NCBI GenBank assembly: GCA_026004395.1
Contig: BPJB01000001.1
Location: forward strand, 584,910 to 648,909
Reading direction: 5' to 3'
Length of the DNA stretch: 64,000 bases
Source of the DNA: Patescibacteria group bacterium
Lineage (GTDB): Bacteria > Patescibacteriota > Microgenomatia > Levybacterales > UBA12049
The notes beneath the pieces were generated by a model. That model made no database searches, was not told where the DNA came from, and saw only the letters and a program-made list of their open reading frames with translations. The first letter of the stretch is position 1. Each line of letters starts with the position of its first letter. The position numbers were made by a program, and so were the translations under genes. Shown piece after piece: positions 1 through 9,756 of this stretch.

Positions 1-207
1 TGTATTTACAGAATTTGTTATTTGTGCATTATTAGACTGATTTACAGTTGTTGAAGATGTGTTAGTGATCGTTATTTCATTATTTGAACCAGATCCATTA
101 TCGGTAATTATAATCTCTTGTGCACTTGTTGATCTTGCCGCAAAAGGAAGCATTACAAGAGATAACAATGTCAAAACTAACTGTTTTTTATTTATTTTTA
201 TTCTCAT
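1..207 (-). CDS. N-terminal part of a secreted Asn/Thr/Ser-rich repeat protein (partial; gene runs off the window start). It is a paralog of the two downstream repeat proteins.
   Basis: Minus-strand translation from the ATG at 207 gives MRIKINKKQLVLTLLSLVMLPFAARSTSAQE... (a signal peptide). This is followed by ITDNGSGSNNEITITNTSSTTVNQSNNAQITN, which resembles the ISGNGAGSDNSVNV...TTVNQTNNADVKNN segment of the 2626..3882 protein. The track ORF 59..247(+) is antisense to this gene and was rejected. Confidence 0.4.
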   Translation of the reverse strand, partial: MRIKINKKQLVLTLLSLVMLPFAARSTSAQEIIITDNGSGSNNEITITNTSSTTVNQSNNAQITNSVNT

Positions 208-291
208 AACTTTCTATAGTACTTGCCTTACGTATCTTTTTCAGTGAGACTGCTTACGTACGGGACAGAGTAACTTTCTTGGCAGGTAAAA

Positions 292-2517
292 TTACAGCGT
301 ACTTGGACGAATTATTTTTTTCTTAAGCAAATATACTCCTGCTGTTAGCGGAATAATTACCACCAACCATGCAAGATTAATTTTTATTTTATTTCTGGAA
401 GAGTTTACATATTCGGGATTATTAGATGTAGCTCCCTTTACAAGTGCGAGCGAAGTATCACTAGAATTACTGGTCGCAAAAACTATACCGCTATCCACAG
501 TCTCGTTTGCTGGAGTTGTCGATGAAGCAATAACCGCATTTTGAGGAGTAGGACTACTATCAGAATTTGATTTTTGAGTATTTGATTCATTTGATGAAGT
601 TGCAGTATTACCCTGATTCAGCTGTTGTTGATCTAATCCTCCTCGCCATGCATGATTACTATTATTTTGTGAATTAGTTGCGATTTGATCATTTTGATGT
701 TGTTTTTTCTGTCCGGGTGTTACAAAATCGCCTATCCAGTTTCCAAAAACATTAACAAATGTAACTACCAATCTCCCACTCCCTACAATATTGTTATTAA
801 CAAAATTGATAATATTAGCTACTATCTTGGCATCTCCTGTAACAATAGAGGAGTCACCACCTGTATTAAAGCTTGATTTATTGTTGCCTGTATTTGCCGA
901 AAGATTAATATTATTCACTACATGAGCAGAATTATTTTGAGTAATGGTACTTGTATTTGATATGTTTGCTGCTGCTGAATTTACAGAGTTTGATCCATTA
1001 TTGGCATTTATTGCTGTAATTTGACCATACTCATCAACAAAAAAATGCGTACCGGCTGATCCGGCAACTGTCGTACCCTGAGGAGCACCCAATATCTGAC
1101 CGATCCATTGACCAGCATTATTAACAATGACTAACCACCAATCACCACCACTTATATTGGTATTAGCTATATTCAGTACCTGCGCATTGATATTGCTTGA
1201 TCCTGTAGTGACAGATGAGTCACCACCTGTATTAAAGCTTGTTGAATTTCCTCCGGTATTAGCATTAAAAACTAAATTATTCTCTATTGTCGCATCGTTT
1301 GACTGGAACTGATTTTCTGCGTTGTTCGTTGTCACTGATGCAGTATTTGTTGATCCTGATCCATTGTTGGTATTTGCCACTGCTGTATTTGATTGAGAAC
1401 AAGTTGAGCAGGGATTATCAGGAAGGATAATATCTCCAATCAAATCTCCAAAAATATTTACAACTCCTAAAAGTACATTCCCAGCTAAATTGTTGTTTAC
1501 AAAATTTAGAATATTGGCAGCAACATTGGCATCACCCGTAACAATAGAGGAGTTACCACCTGTATTAAAGCTAGCAGTATTATCGCCTGAGTTGGCAACA
1601 AGTGTCATATCATTAATCACAGTTCCATTGTTGGTTTGACTAGTTGAATCGTTATTTGTTGTGTTGGATGTAGCAGTGTTAGCTGATCCTGATCCATTAT
1701 TGATATTGGATACTGCTGTGGGTGATGATCCACAGTTGGCTACACAGTTTGCCGCAAAATCAAGAACATAATCACCTAGATGATCATCCTCAATATTAAA
1801 CTCAGAGACTGTCACACCTGCAAGATTGGAGTTTATATTGTTAAATATAGTACCTGTGGTATTTGCATTACCTGTTGTAAGTGTCGAATTTCCATTATTG
1901 TAAGATGTAGAGTTATTGCCTGTAACAGTTGCGCTATCTACATAATTTGCAATGACGCCACCATTGCCTTGATTAAGACTATCAGAATTGGAGAGTGTTG
2001 CAGATCCTGTATTGGTTGAATTTGCTCCATTGTTACTGTTAACAACTGTTGCACCTTGTTGGCAGCAGGTGTTATTGCCTGAGATATTTTGATTGCCTGT
2101 ATTTGCAATATTTGTGTTATTATTAGCATCCCCAGTAGTAAGATATGTATCTCCTGATCCTCCATTTGATGTCTTGCCAGTATTATTCTGTGCTGCGCTG
2201 TCTATATTGTTTTGGTCAGATTGAGTTGGTGCCCAGTATTGTTCTTCTGAAATATATTTAGGCTCAGGCATAGATGGCAGGGAAGGTACTGACGGCTGAG
2301 ATGGCTGACTAACAGATGATTCCGAAGGCTGAGGTGGAGGGGTGATAGTTGGTGGTGGAGTGACAGTTGGTGGCGGAGTTATCTGCTGAAGATTACTCTC
2401 TGTTGACTGAGTCTGTTGCACTGTGTCTCCCTCTGCCAAAACAGGAGAAAGAGGCATAATTATAATAGTAGTACTAAGAATAATAGCAATGATTTTTTGT
2501 AATAAAGTTTGTTTCAT
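292..2517 (-). CDS. Secreted/cell-surface repeat protein (741 aa). It has a signal peptide, a Thr/Pro-rich linker, many degenerate FNTGG(N/D)SS..TGDA repeats, and a C-terminal hydrophobic anchor with a KKK tail.
   Basis: The N-terminus MKQTLLQKIIAIILSTTIIIMPLSPVLA is signal-peptide-like. The linker reads TPPPTVTPPPTITPPPQP. The SFNTGGNSS(I)VTGDA..N(I)(L)NFVNNNLAGNVLLG module recurs at least 5 times. The C-terminus is LAWLVVIIPLTAGVYLLKKK. At the DNA level there are periodic near-repeats, for example gagtcaccacctgtattaaagct at about 845, 1219 and 1545. Confidence 0.6.
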   Translation of the reverse strand: MKQTLLQKIIAIILSTTIIIMPLSPVLAEGDTVQQTQSTESNLQQITPPPTVTPPPTITPPPQPSESSVSQPSQPSVPSLPSMPEPKYISEEQYWAPTQSDQNNIDSAAQNNTGKTSNGGSGDTYLTTGDANNNTNIANTGNQNISGNNTCCQQGATVVNSNNGANSTNTGSATLSNSDSLNQGNGGVIANYVDSATVTGNNSTSYNNGNSTLTTGNANTTGTIFNNINSNLAGVTVSEFNIEDDHLGDYVLDFAANCVANCGSSPTAVSNINNGSGSANTATSNTTNNDSTSQTNNGTVINDMTLVANSGDNTASFNTGGNSSIVTGDANVAANILNFVNNNLAGNVLLGVVNIFGDLIGDIILPDNPCSTCSQSNTAVANTNNGSGSTNTASVTTNNAENQFQSNDATIENNLVFNANTGGNSTSFNTGGDSSVTTGSSNINAQVLNIANTNISGGDWWLVIVNNAGQWIGQILGAPQGTTVAGSAGTHFFVDEYGQITAINANNGSNSVNSAAANISNTSTITQNNSAHVVNNINLSANTGNNKSSFNTGGDSSIVTGDAKIVANIINFVNNNIVGSGRLVVTFVNVFGNWIGDFVTPGQKKQHQNDQIATNSQNNSNHAWRGGLDQQQLNQGNTATSSNESNTQKSNSDSSPTPQNAVIASSTTPANETVDSGIVFATSNSSDTSLALVKGATSNNPEYVNSSRNKIKINLAWLVVIIPLTAGVYLLKKKIIRPSTL

Positions 2518-2625
2518 TTTTATTTATATTTATAAAATTTAAATTAGCGTAATTAATTTTATTTTTTACTCTTTTGGGAGGGAGTCTTGCTGAAGTGCTA
2601 GCAAGAACTCCCATCCCTCTGAGTA

Positions 2626-3882
2626 TTAGTTATGAAGGAACATCCCGAAAAATGCCCAGAATGCTGACCAGTTAAAATCTAAATCGATCTCTGGCAGTTC
2701 TGGTAAAGTAACATTCCCAAGGATGTTATGATTACCTTCATTACTGACACCAGCGTTAACTTTAGCATTGCCGGTCACAACAGATGGATCACCATTGGAT
2801 CCAGCTGTGTTCTTGCTTGCTTCATTATCACCGGTGTTGGTGGTCAATTCATCAAGATGATTATTTAGTTTGGATATATTATCTTGACTGTAATTCTGGA
2901 TTCCAGCAAGAGTTACTCTGATGACGTTATCATCATCAGAAGAGTACCCTGGCTCTGCACCATTTCCAGCGATTTTTGCTGACAGACCACCAAAGACACA
3001 ACCACAGTCAACATCTGCAGCGTTAAAGTTGACCATATTATCTATGGTCGCATTAACTTCTGCATTTCCGGTGTCAACAACAACATCTCCATCACCAGTG
3101 TTGAAGTTAGCATCGTTATCACCTGTATCAGCATCCGCCTCTACATTGTTTTTAACGTCTGCATTATTGTACTGGTAGAGATTTGTTGTGTTGGAGAGTG
3201 TTGCATTAATGAGATTATCACTCCCCGCACCGTTATCAAGAATCATCAGGCTGACATTGCCTGCTGCGCCTTGATTCCCGCCTACTTGTGCCCAGTTGAC
3301 ATTGGCAGTAGTGTTAACAGTAGTGTTAACAGTAGCGTTACCTGTTCGGATGGTGACACTACCATTGCCAGTGTTGAAGCCTGCATCGTTATCGCCTGTA
3401 TCTGCATCTGCATCAACATTATTGTCAACTTCAGCTCTATTGTTTTGATTTAAAGTGGTTGTGCTATTTTGATTCAGGTTAACCGTATTATCTGAAAATG
3501 CTCCATTACCTGAAACTTTTACATCTGTGTTGCCAGCTGCTGTGCAGCAGTCAACTTGTGCAACATTTTTGTTAAGGTCATTGGAGACATTTGCAGTAAT
3601 ATTGGCATTACCGGTTGAGACTGTGACGTTTCCTCCGGTATTAAAGTTAGCATCGTTATCACCTGTATCAGCATCCGCCTCTACATTGTTTTTAACGTCT
3701 GCATTATTTGTTTGGTTAACCGTTGTTTTAATAGTACGGGTAACATTCACAGAATTATCAGATCCTGCTCCATTGCCGGAGATCTCAATTGTAGTTTGAG
3801 CGAATGTTACCGGAGCTAATGCGTGAAGTAAGACTGATCCGGTTGCAATAGCTGTTGTAAGTCTAGTTTTGAAATTGTTCAT
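2626..3882 (-). CDS. Secreted tandem-repeat protein (418 aa) with three repeats of about 180 aa containing NNADVKNNVEADADTGDNDANFNTGG.
   Basis: The N-terminus MNNFKTRLTTAIATGSVLLHALAPVTFA is a signal peptide. Three near-identical repeat blocks are visible in the protein. An exact 65-bp direct repeat in the DNA (3104..3168 and 3644..3708) underlies them. Confidence 0.6.
   Translation of the reverse strand: MNNFKTRLTTAIATGSVLLHALAPVTFAQTTIEISGNGAGSDNSVNVTRTIKTTVNQTNNADVKNNVEADADTGDNDANFNTGGNVTVSTGNANITANVSNDLNKNVAQVDCCTAAGNTDVKVSGNGAFSDNTVNLNQNSTTTLNQNNRAEVDNNVDADADTGDNDAGFNTGNGSVTIRTGNATVNTTVNTTANVNWAQVGGNQGAAGNVSLMILDNGAGSDNLINATLSNTTNLYQYNNADVKNNVEADADTGDNDANFNTGDGDVVVDTGNAEVNATIDNMVNFNAADVDCGCVFGGLSAKIAGNGAEPGYSSDDDNVIRVTLAGIQNYSQDNISKLNNHLDELTTNTGDNEASKNTAGSNGDPSVVTGNAKVNAGVSNEGNHNILGNVTLPELPEIDLDFNWSAFWAFFGMFLHN
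3104..3168. repeat. Exact 65-bp direct repeat, copy 1 of 2 (copy 2 is at 3644..3708); it is an intragenic tandem-repeat unit.
   Basis: aagttagcatcgttatcacctgtatcagcatccgcctctacattgtttttaacgtctgcattatt is found identically at both positions, 540 bp apart. A degenerate third copy lies near 3340..3420. Confidence 0.8.
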
Positions 3883-4444
3883 TTCTTTTCACCTCCTTTC
3901 CTTTGATGATTTCCTCGCATCCTTTGCGAAGAGCACTTCCTTCCGCTTTAGTTGTCAAAAAACTATCTTTGACAAAAAAACGGAAACTTTACTTTCCTAT
4001 ATTTAGTAGGGAAGTAAGGCCTCCGTTTTTATTTTTAAGACTACCACACAATGATCTCTTCTCATAGTCGAATTGTTATAATAAGCTCTCTGTATTTTTT
4101 AATCTGTTAGTTTACTAACAAATGTTTTTTATTTATCTAATTCTTCGCATTATCCAACAAAAAGAGGCACGCAAACAAATATGTTTCGTGCCTCCGTGTA
4201 CGGTCAGCAAAAATTTATTGATCATCCAAAATATAGACCAGTAAAAGCTAAGTTGTCAAGACCCAATTTTCACAGTTCTATCATTGGCATTCGTTTTTTT
4301 AATATTCCTTTCTGTTATTTGCACCACTTTAAAATCTTGGACATAAATCTCAACACTTCCCCAACCTCTGATATTTTTTAATGCGATGACAATCTCCTCA
4401 ATCAGCTCAGGAGAAATATGTTTGGTAGAAAAATCGCTCATAGT

Positions 4445-5092
4445 TTATTTTAAAGCAAGTTTAAGAGTGTCTTTCTTGCCATTTACCTCTCCAATCTGCA
4501 ATGTCAAATTTTTATCATTATCATTGATAGGAAATCCTATTCGTGTGAGTTTTGTTGATATTGCAAGTACTTCGACAGGATCATTATGAATATCAGCAGC
4601 TAGCTTTTCAGTTGAATTATTAATGATTAAGCGAATATAATCACGTGCATTAATCTGAATTGGTTTATCAAAATCATTGGTAATCTTAAGATTTATAATT
4701 AAAAATGTCCTCCCCTCAACTGCCGATGCCTTTTGACCTTTAACAATAATCTCATCTCTAAGCTCTGCTTTTTCTAGCGTATACTTTATTTTACTAACTT
4801 CATTCCCTTTTACATCTCTAATCGGAAACTCATAAGTTTTATTAAGAATTTGCTGAGCCTTTGGTTTTTCCAACCTGAATTTATTGGAACTTTCACCAGC
4901 AACAATTTTTGAAGAAGTTTTACTAGTGAATGAACTGATGGACCATAAAATGAGAATTAATACGACTATACCAACAATTACAAAGGGAATATAAGCTGAT
5001 CGTCTAATTCTACGTTGAAGATTTTTGATATAAATAAGGAATGAAGTGTGGTTTTTTTGATCTTCCATAGTACAAACAAAAATGCTCTGCAT
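4445..5092 (-). CDS. Membrane-anchored hypothetical protein. Its C-terminal region is reminiscent of a DUF4352-type extracytoplasmic domain.
   Basis: There is an N-terminal TM segment (IPFVIVGIVVLILILWSISSF). A beta-rich C-terminal domain follows (RTFLIINLKITNDFDKPIQINARDYIRL). The family assignment rests on recall only. Confidence 0.35.
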   Translation of the reverse strand: MQSIFVCTMEDQKNHTSFLIYIKNLQRRIRRSAYIPFVIVGIVVLILILWSISSFTSKTSSKIVAGESSNKFRLEKPKAQQILNKTYEFPIRDVKGNEVSKIKYTLEKAELRDEIIVKGQKASAVEGRTFLIINLKITNDFDKPIQINARDYIRLIINNSTEKLAADIHNDPVEVLAISTKLTRIGFPINDNDKNLTLQIGEVNGKKDTLKLALK

Positions 5093-5206
5093 GGGCAGAG
5101 CAGATAGATGAGTAAGATCTTAGCAGGGCTACTATAGCTTGTCAAGTGGATATCTTACAAAAAATTACTGAAAGGTTACGGGAAATAAATTATTAAGGGA
5201 ATATTT

Positions 5207-5563
5207 TTAATATTTATTATTTCGTGGATGACGAAATTTGAATCTGTCAGGATATCGCAATCCTTGAATAATTCCTCCTAAAGATGCACCAGCTATTGCT
5301 TTCCCACTAGTATAGTGAAACCAATTATCAAACATCATTAACGCAGCAAGAGTAAAAACGCTCAAATAAAACCAATGATGAAAATGATACGTTTTATTGC
5401 GCAAATGGATTTTAACATTGGGAAGAATCTCAATATTTTTAAAACGAAGATTAGGAAGACGATTGGGAAGAGACTTTCCATTTTTCTCAATTGGACGAGA
5501 AAGATAAACTGAGAGGTAGTAGCCTACACACAAAGCTATTAGAAAAAGAAATAGAGATTGCAT
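5207..5563 (-). CDS. Small integral membrane protein, hypothetical.
   Basis: It is 118 aa with two or three hydrophobic segments. No motif was recognised. Confidence 0.3.
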   Translation of the reverse strand: MQSLFLFLIALCVGYYLSVYLSRPIEKNGKSLPNRLPNLRFKNIEILPNVKIHLRNKTYHFHHWFYLSVFTLAALMMFDNWFHYTSGKAIAGASLGGIIQGLRYPDRFKFRHPRNNKY

Positions 5564-5655
5564 AGGACCATTAATCTCTTCTAACTAAATTATAATACAA
5601 TTTAATCATAAAGAAAAATTTTATCTGTTGTCAAGTCAAGTAAAATCACAGAATT

Positions 5656-6393
5656 TTACTCTTCTCGTACATCTTTAAAAGTATTAAAAGCAACTCTTCG
5701 AAAAAAAATTCTCATAACTGTACTTGGAAGATAATCCAAAATCCCTTTAAGAAGACCTCTTTTGTAACGCCTGCCTGAGACAGTTGAGACAATATCTCGT
5801 CTTAGGATTACCTTTCCTAATTTACGCAGTTTTTTTGAAAGATCAATATCTTCTCCAATTTGAAGATTAGGATCAAATCCTCCTGTTCGTAAAAATGCAT
5901 CTTTTCTCACTGCCATACTAAATCCCGAAAGATTCCACCCGCCTGAAAGGAGTTTATCAATTACCAAAAATGGATAAAAAAGATATCTTGCTACCAAACG
6001 AGCCGAAAGAGGACCTGAATGAAGATAAGCAATACCACCAACTGCTACTAAAGATCGATCGCTATCTAGTATTTTTACAATCCGCTCAATCCAATCAGGA
6101 GGATGAATAGCGTCTGCGTCTGTTGAGACAATAATTTCTCCTTTTGCGGCTAAAAATCCAGCCTGCCTTGCATGAGTCACACCTTTTTTAGGTTCATAAA
6201 TCACTTTAGCTCCATATCTGCCTGCGATTTCAGCTGTATTATCTGTTGAGTTGTTATCAACAACTATCAGCTCAAAATCTTGATATGTTTGATTTAGTAT
6301 ACTTTCAAGCGTTTGATGAATATTCTTTGCCTCATTAAAAGCTGGTATAACAACTGAAACGTGAGGATGGGGAGGATTTTTGTGTTTGAGCAT
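5656..6393 (-). CDS. Family 2 glycosyltransferase (GT2; dolichyl-phosphate sugar synthase-like).
   Basis: VSVVIPAFNEAKNIHQTLESILNQTYQDFELIVVDNNSTDNTAEIA is a classic GT-A N-terminus with a DxD-type context. The 1-nt gap to the upstream GT4 gene indicates co-transcription. Confidence 0.8.
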   Translation of the reverse strand: MLKHKNPPHPHVSVVIPAFNEAKNIHQTLESILNQTYQDFELIVVDNNSTDNTAEIAGRYGAKVIYEPKKGVTHARQAGFLAAKGEIIVSTDADAIHPPDWIERIVKILDSDRSLVAVGGIAYLHSGPLSARLVARYLFYPFLVIDKLLSGGWNLSGFSMAVRKDAFLRTGGFDPNLQIGEDIDLSKKLRKLGKVILRRDIVSTVSGRRYKRGLLKGILDYLPSTVMRIFFRRVAFNTFKDVREE

Positions 6394-6394
6394 A

Positions 6395-7594
6395 TCAATC
6401 TTGCAATAAGAGATATTTCGTTAAATTTCTGAAGGGAGAGTCAACTTTTTTCGAGTTTTTCGCAATAAGCTCTTTGTAGAGTATTTCAAGTTGTTCTGCT
6501 ATTGTATCAATTGCATATTTTTTTACTTCTTCCTGCGCTTTCTTTGAGAATTTTTTTCTTAGTGAAGCATCAGTAAGGATTTTATTCACATACTCAGCAA
6601 ATATAGAAGGTGACCCTTTTACTAGAAAACCATTTGTTCCATCTTTTACCATATCCATATAGGCATCATCATAGACAGTAACTACTGGCAAGCCTGAAGC
6701 CATTGCTTCTAAAATAACCATGCCTTGTGTTTCTGTTTTGGAAGCAAACACGAATACATCAGCACTCGCATATACATGCGGAAGAAATGCGTTCTCAATT
6801 CCTCCTGTAAAGATAACTGATTGCTGTATACCCAGTTTTTTAGCAAGCTCTTTAAGTCTTGATTTTTCAACACCATCTCCCACAATGACCAAAAGAACAT
6901 TTTCTGAGGAGATCTCTTGCAATTTCTTGAAAGCTTTCAGCAAATAATCAACTGATTTCTCTTTTCCAAGTCTTCCAACATAGAGCACAATTTTTGCCTG
7001 AGGATCAAAAGCAAAACGACTGCTAAGCCATTTACTGTCTCCATTTTGGAAGCGATTAAGATCAATTCCATTGGGAATAACTTTAATCGGCTTTTCTACG
7101 CCATAGGAAATAAGCTCCTCTCTAACTTTTTTAGTAGGTACAACAATAGTATCGCAGAGATTGCCAAAAATTCTGCTCGCTACCTCAACCATCTTTGGCT
7201 TAATTATTTTTCCTTTTAATATATAATGCAAATAACTATTCCACAGAGTATGATATGTAACCAAAAATGGTACTCTTTTAAGTCTGGCAATTTCCCATCC
7301 AAGAAGCGTTAAAGGACCTCCTGAGTGTCCATGAACAATATCAAAATCAATTTTCGATGCTTGTAAAAGTGATTTTGAAGGCAAAAATGTCGCCAAACGG
7401 ATCTCGGGATTTTCAGGATACTTAATTGATGTGATGCGTATAACTTTTTTCTTGTCTTTTACTCCTGGATATTTAGGAGCAACAATGTATACCTCATGCC
7501 CTCGTCTCTCAAGTGCTTGTGCGCATTCATCAACCGAGACTGCCACACCGTTGAGTTGAGGATAATATCCCTCTGTAAAAAATCCAATTTTCAT
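6395..7594 (-). CDS. Family 4 glycosyltransferase (GT4, GT-B fold).
   Basis: The N-terminus is MKIGFFTEGYYPQLNGVAVSV. The C-terminal GT4 signature ETQGMVILEAMASGLPVV (EX7E-like) is present. Confidence 0.8.
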   Translation of the reverse strand: MKIGFFTEGYYPQLNGVAVSVDECAQALERRGHEVYIVAPKYPGVKDKKKVIRITSIKYPENPEIRLATFLPSKSLLQASKIDFDIVHGHSGGPLTLLGWEIARLKRVPFLVTYHTLWNSYLHYILKGKIIKPKMVEVASRIFGNLCDTIVVPTKKVREELISYGVEKPIKVIPNGIDLNRFQNGDSKWLSSRFAFDPQAKIVLYVGRLGKEKSVDYLLKAFKKLQEISSENVLLVIVGDGVEKSRLKELAKKLGIQQSVIFTGGIENAFLPHVYASADVFVFASKTETQGMVILEAMASGLPVVTVYDDAYMDMVKDGTNGFLVKGSPSIFAEYVNKILTDASLRKKFSKKAQEEVKKYAIDTIAEQLEILYKELIAKNSKKVDSPFRNLTKYLLLQD

Positions 7595-8292
7595 AAAACT
7601 TAATTCATTATATCAATTTTTTAAAAATATCTTCAAATTACTCGTTATTATTATCTTCTTACGCTTCCTTCGTATCCTTTACATATTATAAATTAATATG
7701 AAAAAAATATGACACTACTAGTTTTGGTAATCTTCGGAATAACTAACGGCATTATTATTTATCAGTTTGAAAATTATCAAAATAAAGGAAGTAGCATTGT
7801 TATTGCATTTTGGGGAATAGTGATACTGTGAGTGGAGGAGTGGTAGCTTATTACATCTTTGGTGGAAAAATGCAACACCCAAGTTAATTGCATTTAGAAT
7901 TCTCGCTCTTAAATTTGGAGTATTATTGCTTCTTATAAAAAAATAAAGCATTCAAACAATTCTAAATTCAAAAACTTCTGAATATATTTCTAATCTAATT
8001 ATCAATATTTCAGACAAATAAATGGTTATAGGGGTTATTATTAAGGATTTATAAAATTAAAACACAAACCAAAACATATAAAAACATTGATAGCACAAGC
8101 TCATCATTAAATTCTTACTTGCATATTTTGTAATTCACTCTTATACTTTCTGTTATGGTACCCTTTATGGTGGGGTTACTTTTTGTTCTCTTGTGGAATA
8201 TATATATCAAAAAGTAATCCTTCTGCCCAAAGCCAAAAAATAAACTCCTAAAACTTAAGGAATCTCTTGCTGGCAATGATTCTTTAAAAAAA

Positions 8293-8802
8293 CTATCCTC
8301 TTGTAAGATATTCCTTAATAGCTCTTTTTGTACTTTCAAAAGCTATCTCATCAAAAGGAATTTCAGTAGGAGAAAAAAATTGAAAAGAATCAATATCATC
8401 AGATGCGCTAAGCTCATAAGTTACCAATTCAGCGCTTGCAAAAATATCAAGAGTTGGGATATTCACTCCTTGAAAAGGATAAGTATTGGGTAGAGCACTA
8501 ATAAATTTTATGTTTTTCAACTCACAGCCTAGTTCTTCTCTAATCTCTCTTCTTACTGATTCCTCAAATGTTTCATGTGGTTTGATAAATCCTCCGGGCA
8601 AATCCCAAAATCCCTTTTGAGGTTCAACACCCCGTCTCACAAGTAGAATATCACCTTTATCATTTTCAATGATAACTGCGTTAGCAGGTGCAGGATTAAA
8701 ATATATACGATAACCACACTGCGTGCATATCACGCACTCAGTTGATTTTTTGAGCTTTCCTCCACAAATGAGACAATATTTATAAGCATCCCGCGGCTCC
8801 AC
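8293..8802 (-). CDS. NUDIX hydrolase with an N-terminal C4 zinc ribbon (NudC-like architecture).
   Basis: A zinc ribbon is formed by CLICGG...CVICTQCG. The Nudix box reads GGFIKPHETFEESVRREIREELG. Confidence 0.75.
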   Translation of the reverse strand: MEPRDAYKYCLICGGKLKKSTECVICTQCGYRIYFNPAPANAVIIENDKGDILLVRRGVEPQKGFWDLPGGFIKPHETFEESVRREIREELGCELKNIKFISALPNTYPFQGVNIPTLDIFASAELVTYELSASDDIDSFQFFSPTEIPFDEIAFESTKRAIKEYLTRG

Positions 8803-9336
8803 CTAATTATTATAAAAACTGCAATAGTTGAGTCAAGTGGGAATTTGTATCATAAGTTAATATATGATACATAAGAGTAAAAACAATACATGCACTGGAA
8901 ATATTAGTCTTCTTCTATAGATTTATAGAAAAGACAGCGGCAAAAGAGTTTGATAGTTGAAGAAATATTTCTTTAGCCTATATCTATTTATGGTCTTCAG
9001 AGAAAAATCTTATAATTGACATATAGGTCTAAACCTAATTATCTTTTAATTCTTGATAATCATCAGAAGTCTCACTTCAAGACAAGTGGCAGAAATTCTT
9101 TTTGAGAGAGCGATAAGTTTATGGAGTAAAAAATTTAAATTCTATTCCAAAAAAATGGATGAGTCGACATGACAACATTTAAACACATTTAAATATAACT
9201 TTCCAAGATTCAAAAATATTTAATTAGCAAACATTTATAAGGTTTTTTACAAAAAAATCCTCTTTAACTCTTCCTTACATTTTTATAGAAAAATGTTATA
9301 CTTCAGTTATATATACTGCATTTAATTACATACTTT

Positions 9337-9663
9337 ATGTCAATTGAACAAAATAGTAATCCTGCAAACATAAGAAGAAAAAACGAAGACATTGTCATCA
9401 GTATTGGTATTAGAGATGGAGATGGTAGAATCGTTTTTCTTTCTCATACCCAGTCCCATACTCAGATAGAAAATCCTCAGATAAACAACACAATACCATG
9501 TCCTAACACAGAGATTTTATTTAGTGAAAAAGAGCCACCATCACTTCATCTTCCCACTGTATCTCATTCTAAAGAATATACAGTCAAAGAAGATAAAGTT
9601 ATTGATATCGGTTTTCTAGATGAAGACGGTAATATAATTCGACTTTCTAATAACCAATCTTAG
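9337..9663 (+). CDS. Hypothetical 108-aa protein with two internal repeats of about 22 aa. It is the first gene of the 9.3-15.4 kb hypothetical cassette.
   Basis: DIVISIGIRDGDGRIVFLSHTQS is repeated as VIDIGFLDEDGNIIRLSNNQS. The gene is preceded by about 530 bp of AT-rich non-coding DNA. Confidence 0.35.
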   Translation: MSIEQNSNPANIRRKNEDIVISIGIRDGDGRIVFLSHTQSHTQIENPQINNTIPCPNTEILFSEKEPPSLHLPTVSHSKEYTVKEDKVIDIGFLDEDGNIIRLSNNQS

Positions 9664-9756
9664 AAAGACAAGAAGAGCTATTAATAAACCCCATTGACCT
9701 GCCAATACTCTTACTAAAAAACTAAAATCTCAAAACTATATCACTTAAACTTTCTC

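Noticed and set aside
59-247. Track ORF 59..247(+) of 62 aa.
   Set aside because: It lies antisense to the much better supported minus-strand secreted repeat-protein gene whose ATG is at 207. It is a low-complexity antisense artifact.
292-390. The C-terminal IPLTAG of the 741-aa surface protein as a sortase LPXTG signal.
   Set aside because: The motif sits inside the hydrophobic segment rather than before it, and no sortase gene is nearby. A simple C-terminal TM anchor is more likely.
1780-3799. Several plus-strand ORFs of 60-90 aa (1780..2019, 2921..3178, 3271..3453, 3527..3799) and the minus-strand ORF 1938..2165.
   Set aside because: All are embedded in, or antisense to, the two large minus-strand repeat-protein genes. 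Their Cys- or Ile-rich translations are typical of reading Asn/Thr/Gly repeat DNA in the wrong frame.
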